From an uncultured Gemmatimonadales bacterium (GTDB lineage Bacteria; Gemmatimonadota; Gemmatimonadetes; Gemmatimonadales; GWC2-71-9): 64,000 nucleotides of DNA. Shown one piece after another: positions 1-12,938 of this stretch. Under the pieces are notes generated by a model. That model was not told the origin of the DNA and did no database searches. It saw only the letters and a list, made by a program, of their open reading frames with translations. The translations under genes and the position numbers were made by a program. Where the stretch lies: positions 288,001 through 352,000 of the forward strand of contig CAWJMT010000004.1 in NCBI GenBank assembly GCA_963844035.1, read 5' to 3'. How positions within the stretch are numbered: position 1 is the first letter of the stretch; each line of letters begins with the position of its first letter.

Positions 1-2
1 GC

Positions 3-932
3 TACACCGCCGACGCCGATCGCATCTTTGCCGGCGGATTGTTCACCAATCGGTTGTTCATTTACGACGTCAAGACCGATCCCCGGCAACCGAAGCTGAT
101 CCGCACCGTGCCGGACCTCGCGAAGACAACCGGCTACTCGGGTCCGCACACCTTCTACGCGGTCCCAAGCGGCGTCATGATCGCGATGCTCGGCGGCAAG
201 AACGGGGGCGCACCCGGCGGCCTGGTCACGCTCGACAACGATGGCAAGTTCCTGCGGGCGCTGGCCGCGCCCAAGTACATGTACGACGTAGGCGTGAAAC
301 CGGGCCTCAATCTCATGATCACGTCGAGCTGGGCGCACCCGCACGACATCACGCACGGCATGGCGCCGATGGATTCGGTCGGCGATGCCGTCGTCGTCTG
401 GAATTTCGCCACCGGAGAGGTGCTCCAGGAGGAGCATCTCGACAAGGCGCCGCTCGAGATCCGCTGGTTGCACGCCCCCCGCGCGCGCGGCGGATTCGTC
501 AACTGCACCTTCGGCAACAGCGTGTGGTACTGGGAGGTTGGCAAGGATGGCAAGGTCGCCTTCACGAAGGCGATCCAGCTCGCCGACGGCTCGCTCCCGG
601 CCGACATGCGGATTTCCTACGACGACAAGTTCCTGTTCGTCTCGCTGTTCGGCGGTAACGCCGTGCACCAGTACGACATCTCGAAACCGCTCACGCCCAC
701 GCTGGTGAGCAAGATCGACGTACCGCAGGCACAGATGATGAAGCTGACCCCCGACAACCAGCGGCTCTACATCAGCAACTCGCTGTTGTCCAACCTCGAT
801 GGCAAGGTGCCGTATCGGGTCCGCTTGATCAACGTTGGACCGACCGGCATGTCGCTCGATCCCAAGTTCGACGTGGATTTCGAAAGCCTGCCGACGGGTC
901 AGGGCCGCCCGCACGACATGTTGTTGAAGTAG
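3..932 (+). CDS. Selenium-binding protein / methanethiol oxidase (SBP56) family beta-propeller, 5' truncated by window edge
   Basis: Frame open from position 3 (YTADADRIFAGGLFTNRLF...); motifs GYSGPHT, PLEIRWLH, DMRISYDDKFLFVS, QMMKLTPDNQRLYISNSL, C-terminal RPHDM. Confidence 0.8.
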   Translation, partial: YTADADRIFAGGLFTNRLFIYDVKTDPRQPKLIRTVPDLAKTTGYSGPHTFYAVPSGVMIAMLGGKNGGAPGGLVTLDNDGKFLRALAAPKYMYDVGVKPGLNLMITSSWAHPHDITHGMAPMDSVGDAVVVWNFATGEVLQEEHLDKAPLEIRWLHAPRARGGFVNCTFGNSVWYWEVGKDGKVAFTKAIQLADGSLPADMRISYDDKFLFVSLFGGNAVHQYDISKPLTPTLVSKIDVPQAQMMKLTPDNQRLYISNSLLSNLDGKVPYRVRLINVGPTGMSLDPKFDVDFESLPTGQGRPHDMLLK

Positions 933-946
933 CGCTTATCAACGGT

Positions 947-970
947 GGCGGGGGCCCTCGGGCCCCCGCC
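947..970. terminator. GC-rich hairpin between convergent genes (probable bidirectional terminator)
   Basis: ggcgggggccc-tc-gggcccccgcc perfect 11-bp stem between the stops at 932 and 973. Confidence 0.6.
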
Positions 971-972
971 GC

Positions 973-1773
973 TCATCCGAACGCCCGCCGCTCGAAGGCC
1001 CGCAGCCCCCACAGCCAGAACGCGATGGTCATCACCGCCAGCGCCAGGAACACGAACGCCAGCGGCATGTGCGGCAGTCCCGGCGTCAGGGCCCCGCGCA
1101 TCCCCTCCGACACATAGACCAGTGGATTGATCAACACCGCGTACTTGAACGCCGGGACCGCGCTCAACCCCTGCCAGGGATAGTAGGCGCACCCGAAGAA
1201 GATCATCGGCGCAACGATGACGGAAAACATGAGCCCGATCTGCTGCGGTTGAATGGCGGTGCCCATCAACAGGCCCAGCGCCGAAAAGGCGCTTGCCCCG
1301 AGCAACGTGACGGCGATGACCGCGCCGACATCCGTCACCGTCAACCCGGCGATCGGGCCCATGATGAGCCGTGCGATCGGCAAAACGAACACCGCCGCGA
1401 CCAGGCCCTGCAGCACACCGGCCACCATTTTCTCGAACGCGATCAGGCGTGCCGACGCGGGTGCCAGCAGCCGGTCTTCGATCTCCCTCGTCCATCCAAA
1501 GTCCTGCACCATGGGCAGGGCCACCGATTGGATACTCGAGAACGCGAGACTGATCGCCAGGATCCCCGGCAACAGCGCGGTACCGTAGTCGCGCTGCACG
1601 AAGTGCATCTGGGGCAGCAGGTAGCCGAAGACGACGACGAACAGGATCGGCTGGAGGGTGGTGCGCACGAGAAAGTACGGCAGCTCCCGCTGCGCCACGC
1701 GAAGGTCGCGGCGGAGCAGCGCCCAGAATACGCGTGCGACGGGTACCGGCGGACGGTGGGTCACGGCGGTCAA
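973..1773 (-). CDS. ABC-2 type exporter permease (DrrB/NodJ-like)
   Basis: About 6 hydrophobic segments, 'IEDRLLAP' and 'INPLVYVSEGMR' motifs; overlaps the ATPase gene. Confidence 0.85.
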   Translation of the reverse strand: MTAVTHRPPVPVARVFWALLRRDLRVAQRELPYFLVRTTLQPILFVVVFGYLLPQMHFVQRDYGTALLPGILAISLAFSSIQSVALPMVQDFGWTREIEDRLLAPASARLIAFEKMVAGVLQGLVAAVFVLPIARLIMGPIAGLTVTDVGAVIAVTLLGASAFSALGLLMGTAIQPQQIGLMFSVIVAPMIFFGCAYYPWQGLSAVPAFKYAVLINPLVYVSEGMRGALTPGLPHMPLAFVFLALAVMTIAFWLWGLRAFERRAFG

Positions 1774-2732
1774 TCGAGTCTCCTCCCGGTGAGCGAAATG
1801 AACAACGTCTCGAGCGACGGCGGAGACAGCGCGACGTTGGTCACAGCCCGCCCCGCCTGCTCGGCCACTCTGATCAGGCCCGCGACCGCCTCCCCGGGGC
1901 GCTCCACATAGGCGCGCAGCACTGCTCCCTCGACGTCCGCGCGGAGCACGCCCGGCACACTACGGGCGGGCGCCGACACCGGCCCCGGGTCGCCGTCGAG
2001 CGTGAGCTCGATGAGCGTCCCTCCGGGCGCGCGGGCCTTGAGCGCGGCGGGGCGGTCCAGCGCCAGCAGCCGACCGTGGTCCACGATCGCGACGCGCTGG
2101 CAGAGCCGGTCGGCTTCCTCCATGTAGTGGGTGGTCATCACGATCGTGCGACCCTCCGCGTGCAACCCCAGGAGGATCTCCCACAACGCGAGCCGTGCCT
2201 GCGGATCGAGACCCACAGTGGGCTCATCGAGGAACAGTACGTGCGGCTCGTGGATCAGCGCGCGGGCGATCATGAGGCGCTGCTGCTGGCCCCCCGAGAT
2301 CTCATCCACTTTGGCCGCACCACGGTCGCCCAGTCCGAGCGATGCCAGCAGCTCGTTCGCGCGGGCGGCGGCGGCGCGGCGCGGAATTCCGAAGTACGCC
2401 GCATGGTAGACGAGATTCTCGAGCACCGTGAGACTGCGGTCGGGGTTGGGCCGTTGCGGGACCACGCCAATCCGCTGCTTGACCGCCACCGGCTCCCGCA
2501 CCACATCCGCCCCCGCCACGGAGGCGGTGCCGGACGTCGGCCGCACGCGGGTCGTGAGAATCCCGATAGTCGTCGTCTTCCCGGCACCGTTGGGTCCGAG
2601 CAGCCCGAAGAACTCGCCGGTCTGAACCTCGAGGTCGAGACCTTCGAGCGCGATGACGCCCGGCCCCTTGCCACCGGGTCCGGGATACACTTTGCGGAGC
2701 GTGCGCGTGTGGATAGCAGCTTCAGCGGTCAC
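1770..2732 (-). CDS. ABC exporter ATP-binding subunit (DrrA/NodI-like)
   Basis: Walker [10 protein letters not shown], signature ISGGQQQRL, Walker [15 protein letters not shown]. Confidence 0.92.
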   Translation of the reverse strand: MTAEAAIHTRTLRKVYPGPGGKGPGVIALEGLDLEVQTGEFFGLLGPNGAGKTTTIGILTTRVRPTSGTASVAGADVVREPVAVKQRIGVVPQRPNPDRSLTVLENLVYHAAYFGIPRRAAAARANELLASLGLGDRGAAKVDEISGGQQQRLMIARALIHEPHVLFLDEPTVGLDPQARLALWEILLGLHAEGRTIVMTTHYMEEADRLCQRVAIVDHGRLLALDRPAALKARAPGGTLIELTLDGDPGPVSAPARSVPGVLRADVEGAVLRAYVERPGEAVAGLIRVAEQAGRAVTNVALSPPSLETLFISLTGRRLD

Positions 2733-2773
2733 GAACGAGTCCTTGGCGTGTTCGAGTGATTAACTTTAACAGC

Positions 2774-4442
2774 ATGTCAGAGCTGCGCAGCCGCACAATC
2801 ACCCAGGGCGTTCAACGCGCTCCCAACCGGGCCATGCTGCGGGCGGTGGGATTCGGCGACCGTGATTTCGACAAGCCGATCGTCGGCATCGCCAACGCCT
2901 ACAGCACGATCACTCCGTGCAACCTTGGGCTCGATGGTCTCACCCGGCGCGCCGAGGCGGCGATCAGGGCCGCCGGCGCCATGCCGCAGACATTCGGTAC
3001 GATCACCGTCAGCGACGGCATCTCCATGGGCACGGAAGGGATGAAGTACTCCCTCGTGTCGCGCGAGGTGATCGCCGACTCGATAGAGACCGCCTGCAGC
3101 GCGCAGTCCATGGACGGCGTCCTCACGATTGGTGGATGCGACAAGAACATGCCCGGTGCGATGATCGCGATCGCCCGCATGAACATCCCCGCCCTGTTCG
3201 TCTACGGCGGAACGATCAAGCCCGGTCACTTCGATGGGCGCGATCTCACCATCGTGAGCGTGTTCGAGGCGGTGGGAGAGTTCAGCGCCAAGAAGATCGA
3301 TGCCGCCGAGCTGCTGGAAGTCGAGCGCCGCGCTTGCCCGGGCGCCGGCTCGTGCGGTGGGATGTACACCGCGAATACGATGTCCTCGGTGTTCGAAGCG
3401 ATGGGGATGAGCCTCCCCTACTCGTCCACGATGGCCGCCGAAGACGACGAAAAGGGGGCCAGCGCCGTACGCTCGGCCCAGGTGTTGGTCGACGCGATCC
3501 GCCGCGACCTGCGCCCGCGCCAGATGCTGACCCGCCAGGCGTTCGAGAACGCCATCGCGGTGGCCCTGGCGATCGGCGGCTCGACCAACGCCGTACTGCA
3601 CCTGCTCGCCATCGCGCATGCGGCGCAGGTACCGCTCACACTCGATGACTTCGAAGCGATGCGGTCGCGAGTGCCGGTGCTGTGTGACCTGAAGCCCTCG
3701 GGGCGCTTCGTCGCAACCGACCTGCACCGGGCGGGGGGCATCCCGCAGGTGATGAAGATCCTGCTGGTGCATGGCGTGCTACACGGCGACGCGTTGTCCG
3801 TCACCGGGCAGACGATCGCTGAGGTGCTGCGCGACGTCCCAGTGGAGCCTCGCAAGGATCAAGAGGTGATTCGCCCCTGGGATCGGCCGCTCTACGCGCA
3901 GGGCCACCTCGCCATCCTGCGCGGCAATCTGGCCACGGAAGGGGCAGTAGCGAAGATCAGCGGGGTGAAGAAGCCCCGCGTGACAGGCCCCGCGCGCGTG
4001 TTCGACACCGAGGAGGCGTGTCTCGACGGGATCCTGGCCGGCCGCATCAAGGCGGGCGATGTGATCGTGATCCGCTACGAGGGACCCAAAGGCGGCCCCG
4101 GGATGCGGGAGATGCTGTCTCCCACGGCCGCGCTCATCGGCGCAGGCCTCGGCGACTCGGTCGGGCTGATTACGGACGGGCGGTTTTCAGGCGGGACATA
4201 CGGAATGGTGGTGGGCCACGTAGCGCCGGAAGCCGCGGTCGGGGGGACGCTGGCGCTGGTGGAAGAGGGCGACCCGATCACGATTGATGCCGAGCGCCGG
4301 CTGCTGCAGCTCGATGTACCGGAGGCGGAGATCCAGCGGCGTCGCGCCAAGTGGCGCCCGCCTGCTCCACGCTACACGACGGGAGTGTTGGCCAAGTACG
4401 CGAAGCTCGTGTCCAGCGCGAGCGTGGGTGCGGTAACCGACC

Positions 4443-4453
<11 letters not shown>
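2774..4453 (+). CDS. ilvD: Dihydroxy-acid dehydratase
   Basis: [49 protein letters not shown]. Confidence 0.97.
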
Positions 4454-5529
<1,076 letters not shown>

Positions 5530-5533
<4 letters not shown>

Positions 5534-6119
5534 CGGCGACGCTCGAACGCCGCGATCAGCGGCTCGTCGAGCAGCGTCCGTCCGATCTCGTCGATCCCCC
5601 GGAGCAGCATCTCGCGGCGATAGGGCTCCAGCTCGAACCGCGTGCGGAATCCGTTCCCGTCCTCCACCTGCTGCTCCTGCAGGTCGATCGTGAGCGAGTA
5701 CCCGTTACTCGCGGCCTCACTGCGCCGCTGCAGGTCGTCGACTTCCTGCGGCTCCAGGCGGACCGGCAGGATGCCGTTCTGGCAACAGTTGGCGAAGAAG
5801 ATGTCGGCGAACGACGGCGCGACGACCGCGCGGAACCCGTAGTCGGCGAGCGCCCACGCGGCGTGCTCGCGCGACGAGCCACACCCGAAGTTGGCTCCCG
5901 CCACCAGGATGCTGGCCCCCTGGGCCGCCGGCCGGTTGAGCTCGAACTTCGGGTCGGGCGTCTTGCCGTCGCCCAAATAGCGCCAATCGTAGAACAGCGC
6001 CGGCCCCAGGCCGGTGCGCGAGAGCCCCTTCAGAAACTGCTTCGGGATGATCTGATCGGTGTCGACGTTGGCGCGGGGGAGTACCACTGCACGCCCAGTG
6101 TGACGGACAAACGGCTCCA

Positions 6120-6120
<1 letters not shown>
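5530..6120 (-). CDS. leuD: 3-isopropylmalate dehydratase small subunit
   Basis: MEPF...[35 protein letters not shown]. Confidence 0.95.
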
Positions 6121-7574
<1,454 letters not shown>

Positions 7575-7578
<4 letters not shown>

Positions 7579-8654
7579 CGCGCCGCGGCGGCCTTCCCTG
7601 TGGAGGGACGGTCGGCAGCACCAGCGGGCTTCGCGGCGGCCCGTGCCTTGCCTTCTTCCGACCAGGGCATCATTGCGCGCAGCTTCGCGCCCACGCGCTC
7701 GATCGGGTGATCGTTCTCGCTCTTGCGCAGTGCGTTGAACCGCTTCCCCCCGGCGCGCGTCTCGGCGATCCACTCCCGGGCGAAGCTGCCGTCCTGAATT
7801 TCCTTGAGGATCTGCGCCATCTCTTTGCGCACCGCGTCGGTGATGATGCGGGGCCCGCGGGTGTAGTCACCGTACTCGGCGGTGTCGCTGATGGAGTAGC
7901 GCATGAACTTCATGCCGCCGCGGTACATCAGGTCCACGATGAGCTTCAGCTCGTGCATGCACTCGAAATACGCGAGCTCGGGGGAGTAGCCGGCATTCAC
8001 GAGCGTGTCGAACCCGCCCTTGATGAGCGCGGTCACGCCGCCGCACAGCACCGACTGCTCGCCGAACAGGTCAGTCTCGGTCTCTTCGCGGAACGTCGTC
8101 TCGAGCACGCCGGCCCTGATACAGCCGATGCCGAGCGCGTAGGCCAGCGCGTCCGCCAGCGCGTTGCCGCTTGCGTCCTGGTGCACCGCCACCAGCGCGG
8201 GCACGCCGCGGCCGGCCTGAAACTCGCTCCGGACCAGATGGCCCGGCGACTTGGGCGCAATCATCGACACGTCCACTGCGGCCGGGGGAGCGATCTCCTT
8301 GAAGTGGATGTTGAAACCGTGGGCGAACATCAGCGTCTTCCCCTTGCGCATCGCGGGCGCGATCCCGGACTCGTACACCGCGCGGGCATCCTGGTCGGGC
8401 ACGAGCACCATGATGACGTCCGCCGCCGCCGCTGCGTCCGCCACCGGGCGGACATCCAGGCCCTCCGCCAGCGCCCGTTCCCACGAGGCGCCCTTGGGCC
8501 GCAGACCAACGATCACGGTGCCGCCTGAGTCGCGCAGGTTGAGTGCATGGGCGTGGCCCTGGCTCCCGTATCCGATGATCGCGACCGTGCGCCCGTTGAA
8601 CCGGCGGGGATCCACATCGGCGTCGTAGAAAGCGCGGACTTCCTTGGCGGTCAT
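7575..8654 (-). CDS. ilvC: Ketol-acid reductoisomerase
   Basis: [45 protein letters not shown]. Confidence 0.97.
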
Positions 8655-9182
8655 AACACAGCCTCCGATGGATTGTGTGGAGCGGGAGACGGAGACGATC
8701 CGTCGGCACTGCGCATGGCGACGGCGCCGCTGCGCGCGATCTCCAGGATCCCGAATGGCTCGAGGGCCCGAATACACGCCTCGGTGCGCTCCGCGGCCCC
8801 GGCGATTTCGACGATGCTCGCACGCGGCGCCTTCGTCCACCACGGCGGCACCGAACTTCGCAACGACTGCCAGGAACGCGGCGCGGCCGACGGGGGAGGG
8901 TCGCACCTTGATCAGCGCGATCTCCCGGGTGACGGCGTCCTCGGCCGGGAACATCACGGCGTGGCGCACGCCGAAGGATTTCTGGAGCTGCCGCACGAGG
9001 CGGTCGGCGCTCGCGTCGTCGGCCTGCATGACGAACGTGAGTCGTGAAACGCCGGGGGTCTGGCTGGCGCTCGCCGCGAGTGCCGCGATCGGGACGTTCC
9101 GCCGGCGCACCACCCCGATCACGCGATTGAACGTAAGCAAGTCATCGTCGAGCAGAACCGAGATGGCGTGGGACCGCGCCAT
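8651..9182 (-). CDS. ilvH: Acetolactate synthase small regulatory subunit (frameshift near 8820)
   Basis: ACT-like N-terminus ISVLL...[12 protein letters not shown]; shifted frame continues [13 protein letters not shown]; lies between ilvB and ilvC. Confidence 0.85.
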
Positions 9183-9188
9183 CGAGCG

Positions 9189-10892
9189 TTACACCGCCGG
9201 CGCGGCCGCCGGCTCCGCCTCGATGGGCTCGGACAGCGACCCGCCGGGCGGGATCATCGGGTACACGTTGGCTTCCTGCGCGATGACGAATTCTACGAGC
9301 GCGGGGCCGGCGTGCGCGTTGGCCTTCTGGACCACGTCCGCCAGCTGCCCCCGGTTCTCCACCCGCCACCCGGCGATCCCGTAGGCGTCGGCCAGCTTCA
9401 CGTAGTCCGGGCTCCAGATCGGCGTGCTGGAGTAGCGCTTCTCATGGAAGAACTGCTGCCACTGGCGCACCATGCCGAGGTAGCCGTTGTTGAAGATCGC
9501 CATCTTCACGGACAGGCCTTCCTGCACCATGGTGGCGATCTCCGCCATGTTCATCTGGAATCCGCCGTCGCCCGAGATCGACCACACCGACTCGTCGGGC
9601 CGCGCCACGTGCACCCCGATCGCGGCGGGCACGGCAAACCCCATCGTCCCGAGCCCGCCGGAGGTGATGTGGGTGTTGGGCCGCTCGTAGGGGTAGTGCT
9701 TGGCCACCCACATCTGGTGCTGCCCCACGTCGGTCACGATCGTGCAGTGACCGCCGGTGACTTCATAGATGGAGGCCAGGATCGACTCGGGCGACAGGTC
9801 GCCCGAGAACGCTTCGGCGCGGGGCCGCACGAAGCTCCGGATTTCCGCGCGCCACGGCTCGCAATTGCGGGGCTGCACCGCCTGAACCAGGCGGCGCGTC
9901 ACATCGCCGGCATCGCCGACGATGCCCACGGCCACGGGAATGTTTTTGCCGATCTCCGCGCGATCGAGATCGATGTGCACGATCTTGGCACGGGGCGCGA
10001 ACGCCGCCACGTTGCCGGTGACCCGGTCGTCGAACCGCAGGCCGATCCCGACGATCACATCGGCGTGCTGGATCGCGCGATTCACATGCACCTCGCCATG
10101 CATCCCCGGCATGCCGAGGTGCAGCGGATGCGATTCCGGGAGGGCGCTGATCCCGAGCAACGTCGTGATCACGGGTATGCCGGTCTTCTCCGCCAGCGCC
10201 CGGACTTCGGCGTAGGCGTTGCCGAGGATCACACCGTGCCCGATCATCATCAGCGGACGCTCGGCCGCGCCGATCAGGTCGGCAGCCGCGCGAATCGCGT
10301 CGTCGAGGGATCCCAGGCTCACGCCCGCGGCTTCACCTCTGGCGCCAGCCCGGGGTGATGCCTGCGACGGCTCGTACGCGAACTTCTGGTTTTGCACGTC
10401 CTTCGGGATGTCGAGCAGCACAGGCCCGGGCCGCCCGCTCAGCGCGATCGCGATGGCTTCGCGCACGGAGCTGGCAAGCTCGGACACATCCTGCACCAGA
10501 TGGCTGTACTTGGTGATGGGCAGGGTGATGCCCATGATATCAGTTTCCTGGAACGCATCCCGTCCGATCATCGGGCGCGACACCTGGCCGGTAATGGCCA
10601 ACACCGGTGAGCTGTCCATGTGCGCGGTGGCGAGCCCGGTCACGAGGTTCGTGGCGCCGGGACCCGATGTAGCGACGCACACACCCACCCGGCCGCAGGC
10701 CCGCGCGTAGCCGTCCGCCGCATGCGCCGCTGCCTGTTCGTGCCGCACCAGGATGTGGCGCAGGCCCGGATACTCCGGCAGAGCGTGATAGAACGGCATG
10801 ATCGCCCCGCCCGGGTAGCCGAAGATCACGTCCACCCCTGCCGCCAGCAGCTCGCGGCAGAGGATTTGAGCGCCTGTAAGGGTTTCGCTCAT
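9189..10892 (-). CDS. ilvB: Acetolactate synthase large subunit
   Basis: FGYPGG, RHEQAA, TSGPGATN, DVGQHQMW, SGGLGTMG, TPP motif GDGGFQM...NN. Confidence 0.97.
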   Translation of the reverse strand: MSETLTGAQILCRELLAAGVDVIFGYPGGAIMPFYHALPEYPGLRHILVRHEQAAAHAADGYARACGRVGVCVATSGPGATNLVTGLATAHMDSSPVLAITGQVSRPMIGRDAFQETDIMGITLPITKYSHLVQDVSELASSVREAIAIALSGRPGPVLLDIPKDVQNQKFAYEPSQASPRAGARGEAAGVSLGSLDDAIRAAADLIGAAERPLMMIGHGVILGNAYAEVRALAEKTGIPVITTLLGISALPESHPLHLGMPGMHGEVHVNRAIQHADVIVGIGLRFDDRVTGNVAAFAPRAKIVHIDLDRAEIGKNIPVAVGIVGDAGDVTRRLVQAVQPRNCEPWRAEIRSFVRPRAEAFSGDLSPESILASIYEVTGGHCTIVTDVGQHQMWVAKHYPYERPNTHITSGGLGTMGFAVPAAIGVHVARPDESVWSISGDGGFQMNMAEIATMVQEGLSVKMAIFNNGYLGMVRQWQQFFHEKRYSSTPIWSPDYVKLADAYGIAGWRVENRGQLADVVQKANAHAGPALVEFVIAQEANVYPMIPPGGSLSEPIEAEPAAAPAV

Positions 10893-10929
10893 GACGGGCT
10901 CTCCGATCTCACACTCACCACGCGCAGCG

Positions 10930-12483
10930 TCAGACTCCCCAGAGGTACGAGTTGTTGAGCGACTTGTCTTCGAGCCGGTCGGCGAAGCTCGCCTTGTTGA
11001 GCGCGTGTACCAGCGCCCGGGCGCTCGCCTCGACGACGTCGGTGGATGCGCCGTGGCCCGTCAGGGTCTTCGAGTCGATCCGCGCCTGCAGGAACACGTG
11101 GCCCACACTGTCCCGTCCCGGCGTCACCGACTGCAGCGACAGGTTCAGGACTTCGATCGGGTGCTCCACGATGGCGCTGATCGCGGCGAACGCCGCGGCA
11201 ATCGGTCCGTTGCCGCTGCCGGTCGCGCTGCGCTCCCGCATCCACGGGCCGGTCAGGCTGACTTCCGCGGTGGCCGCGACGGTCCCGCACGACGCCTTCA
11301 GGAACGTGAGCTGGTACGACTCCGGGGCGTCATGGAAGCTCTCGTGCAACAGCGCGAGCAGGTCCTCGTCCAGGATCTCCTCTTTGCGGTCGGCGAGGGT
11401 GGTGAACTCGCGATACAGCCACTCGAGCGTCGGCTCGTCGAGCTCGTACCCCAGCTCCTTGTAGCGGCGCTCGAGCGCATGCCGGCCCGAATGCTTGCCC
11501 AGCACCAGCGTCGAGCGGGGCACGCCAACCGTCTCGGGACGGATGATCTCGTAGGTCAGGCCGTTCTGCATCACGCCGTGCTGGTGGATCCCCGCCTCGT
11601 GCGCGAACGCGTTGCGCCCGACGATCGCCTTGTTGGGCTGCGGGAACGTGCCGATGACGTGGGACAGGAGCTGGCTGGTCCGGAAGATCTCGCGCGTATT
11701 CACCGCGCATTCGAACTTCACCGCCTGCGGACGCACGAATGCGGCCATCACGATCTCTTCGAGCGCCGCGTTGCCGGCGCGCTCGCCGATCCCGTTGACG
11801 GTGCACTCGATCTGGCGCGCACCCCCTTCGATCGCGGCCAGCGAGTTCGCCACCGCCAGGCCGAGGTCGTCATGGCAATGCGCGCTGAACACGACCTTAT
11901 CGCTGTTCGGCACGCGCTCGCGCACCGTGCGGAACATGTGGGTGTACTCGGACGGTATCGCGTACCCGACGGTGTCGGGGAGGTTGATCGTGGTGGCGCC
12001 TTCCTCGATCGCCGCCTCGACCACCTTGCACAGGAAGTCCATGTCGCTGCGGCTCGCGTCTTCCGCCGAAAACTCGACGTCGTCGGTAAAGCCGCGTGCA
12101 CGCTTCACCGCGGCGCGCGCCCGCTCCAGGCACTCCTCACGGCTGATCCGCAGCTTGTGCTGGAGGTGGATGTCGGAGGTCGCGATGAACACGTGGATGC
12201 GCCCGCGCTCCGCCGGCCGGAGCGCGTCGCCCGCCAGATCGATGTCGCGGTCGGTGCACCGGGCCAGCGCCGCGATGATCGGCCGCCGCACCTCGAGCGC
12301 GACGTCCCGCACGCCGCGGAAGTCGCCGTCGGACGCGGCCGGGAACCCAGTCTCCAGCACATCGACGCCCAGCACGTCGAGCTGCCGCGCCAGGCGCAGC
12401 TTCTCTTCGGGGGTCATCGAGTTGCCGGGGGCCTGCTCTCCATCGCGCAGGGTCGTGTCGAAGATGACGACATGTCGGTCCAT
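10930..12483 (-). CDS. leuA: 2-isopropylmalate synthase
   Basis: DTTLRDGEQ, HCHDDLG, GIGERAGN, HEAGIHQHG, GKHSGRH, C-terminal regulatory domain. Confidence 0.96.
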   Translation of the reverse strand: MDRHVVIFDTTLRDGEQAPGNSMTPEEKLRLARQLDVLGVDVLETGFPAASDGDFRGVRDVALEVRRPIIAALARCTDRDIDLAGDALRPAERGRIHVFIATSDIHLQHKLRISREECLERARAAVKRARGFTDDVEFSAEDASRSDMDFLCKVVEAAIEEGATTINLPDTVGYAIPSEYTHMFRTVRERVPNSDKVVFSAHCHDDLGLAVANSLAAIEGGARQIECTVNGIGERAGNAALEEIVMAAFVRPQAVKFECAVNTREIFRTSQLLSHVIGTFPQPNKAIVGRNAFAHEAGIHQHGVMQNGLTYEIIRPETVGVPRSTLVLGKHSGRHALERRYKELGYELDEPTLEWLYREFTTLADRKEEILDEDLLALLHESFHDAPESYQLTFLKASCGTVAATAEVSLTGPWMRERSATGSGNGPIAAAFAAISAIVEHPIEVLNLSLQSVTPGRDSVGHVFLQARIDSKTLTGHGASTDVVEASARALVHALNKASFADRLEDKSLNNSYLWGV

Positions 12484-12523
12484 TCGTGCTCTCCCTCAAT
12501 ATCCCGGTGATGCGGCGACTACG

Positions 12524-12558
12524 AAAAAACGCCGCGGGCTGTCCTGGTCCGCGGCGTC
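12524..12558 (-). terminator. Attenuator terminator upstream of leuA
   Basis: Minus strand gacgccgcgg...ccgcggcgtt followed by a U-run, between the leader stop and the leuA start. Confidence 0.85.
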
Positions 12559-12583
12559 GGGGGTGTTGCGTTGCTCTAGGTCT

Positions 12584-12688
12584 TCAGCGACTCATGGTAG
12601 CGTCGCGCGCGCCGCGGATCTCTTGCCAGGGGATTAGCCCCAGCAGTAGAAGGCCCAGCAGCAGGTTGACGACGAAAAGCGGCGTCAT
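12584..12688 (-). CDS. Leu/Val/Ile-rich leader peptide MTPLFVVNLLLGLLLLGLIPWQEIRGARDATMSR
   Basis: 34 sense codons, 9 Leu including rare CTA codons; upstream GGAG; followed by terminator. Confidence 0.85.
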   Translation of the reverse strand: MTPLFVVNLLLGLLLLGLIPWQEIRGARDATMSR

Positions 12689-12749
12689 GCGCGGTTAGTC
12701 CACTCCAGATGAGTCGCAACACAGCAATTCTAATCGTGTTAACGCTCCG

Positions 12750-12778
12750 AGGTTAATCTTCCGGCGGGACCGGGTCAA
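12750..12778 (-). promoter_or_regulatory. sigma70-type promoter of the leu/ilv leader
   Basis: TTGACC-N17-TAACCT on the minus strand. Confidence 0.65.
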
Positions 12779-12824
12779 CCAATCATTTCAGGTTGAAACG
12801 CAGCCACCCAACCGGGTGGGAACC

Positions 12825-12921
12825 ATGGAAGCTCCGATGCTGCTTGACGATGCGTTCTGGGGTGCTGTACGTTAGCGTCACACAAGGGTCCGCCCCAGGG
12901 CGCCGTTGCCCGGGGCTTTTT
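12825..12921 (+). promoter_or_regulatory. Putative attenuator before thrB: uORF MEAPMLLDDAFWGAVR (12825-12875), antiterminator and terminator
   Basis: Hairpin gccccagggc/gcccggggc plus TTTTT (12892-12921); ttctggggtg (12855-12864) complementary to its 5' arm. Confidence 0.45.
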
Positions 12922-12938
12922 CATTATGGGGAACGCGC

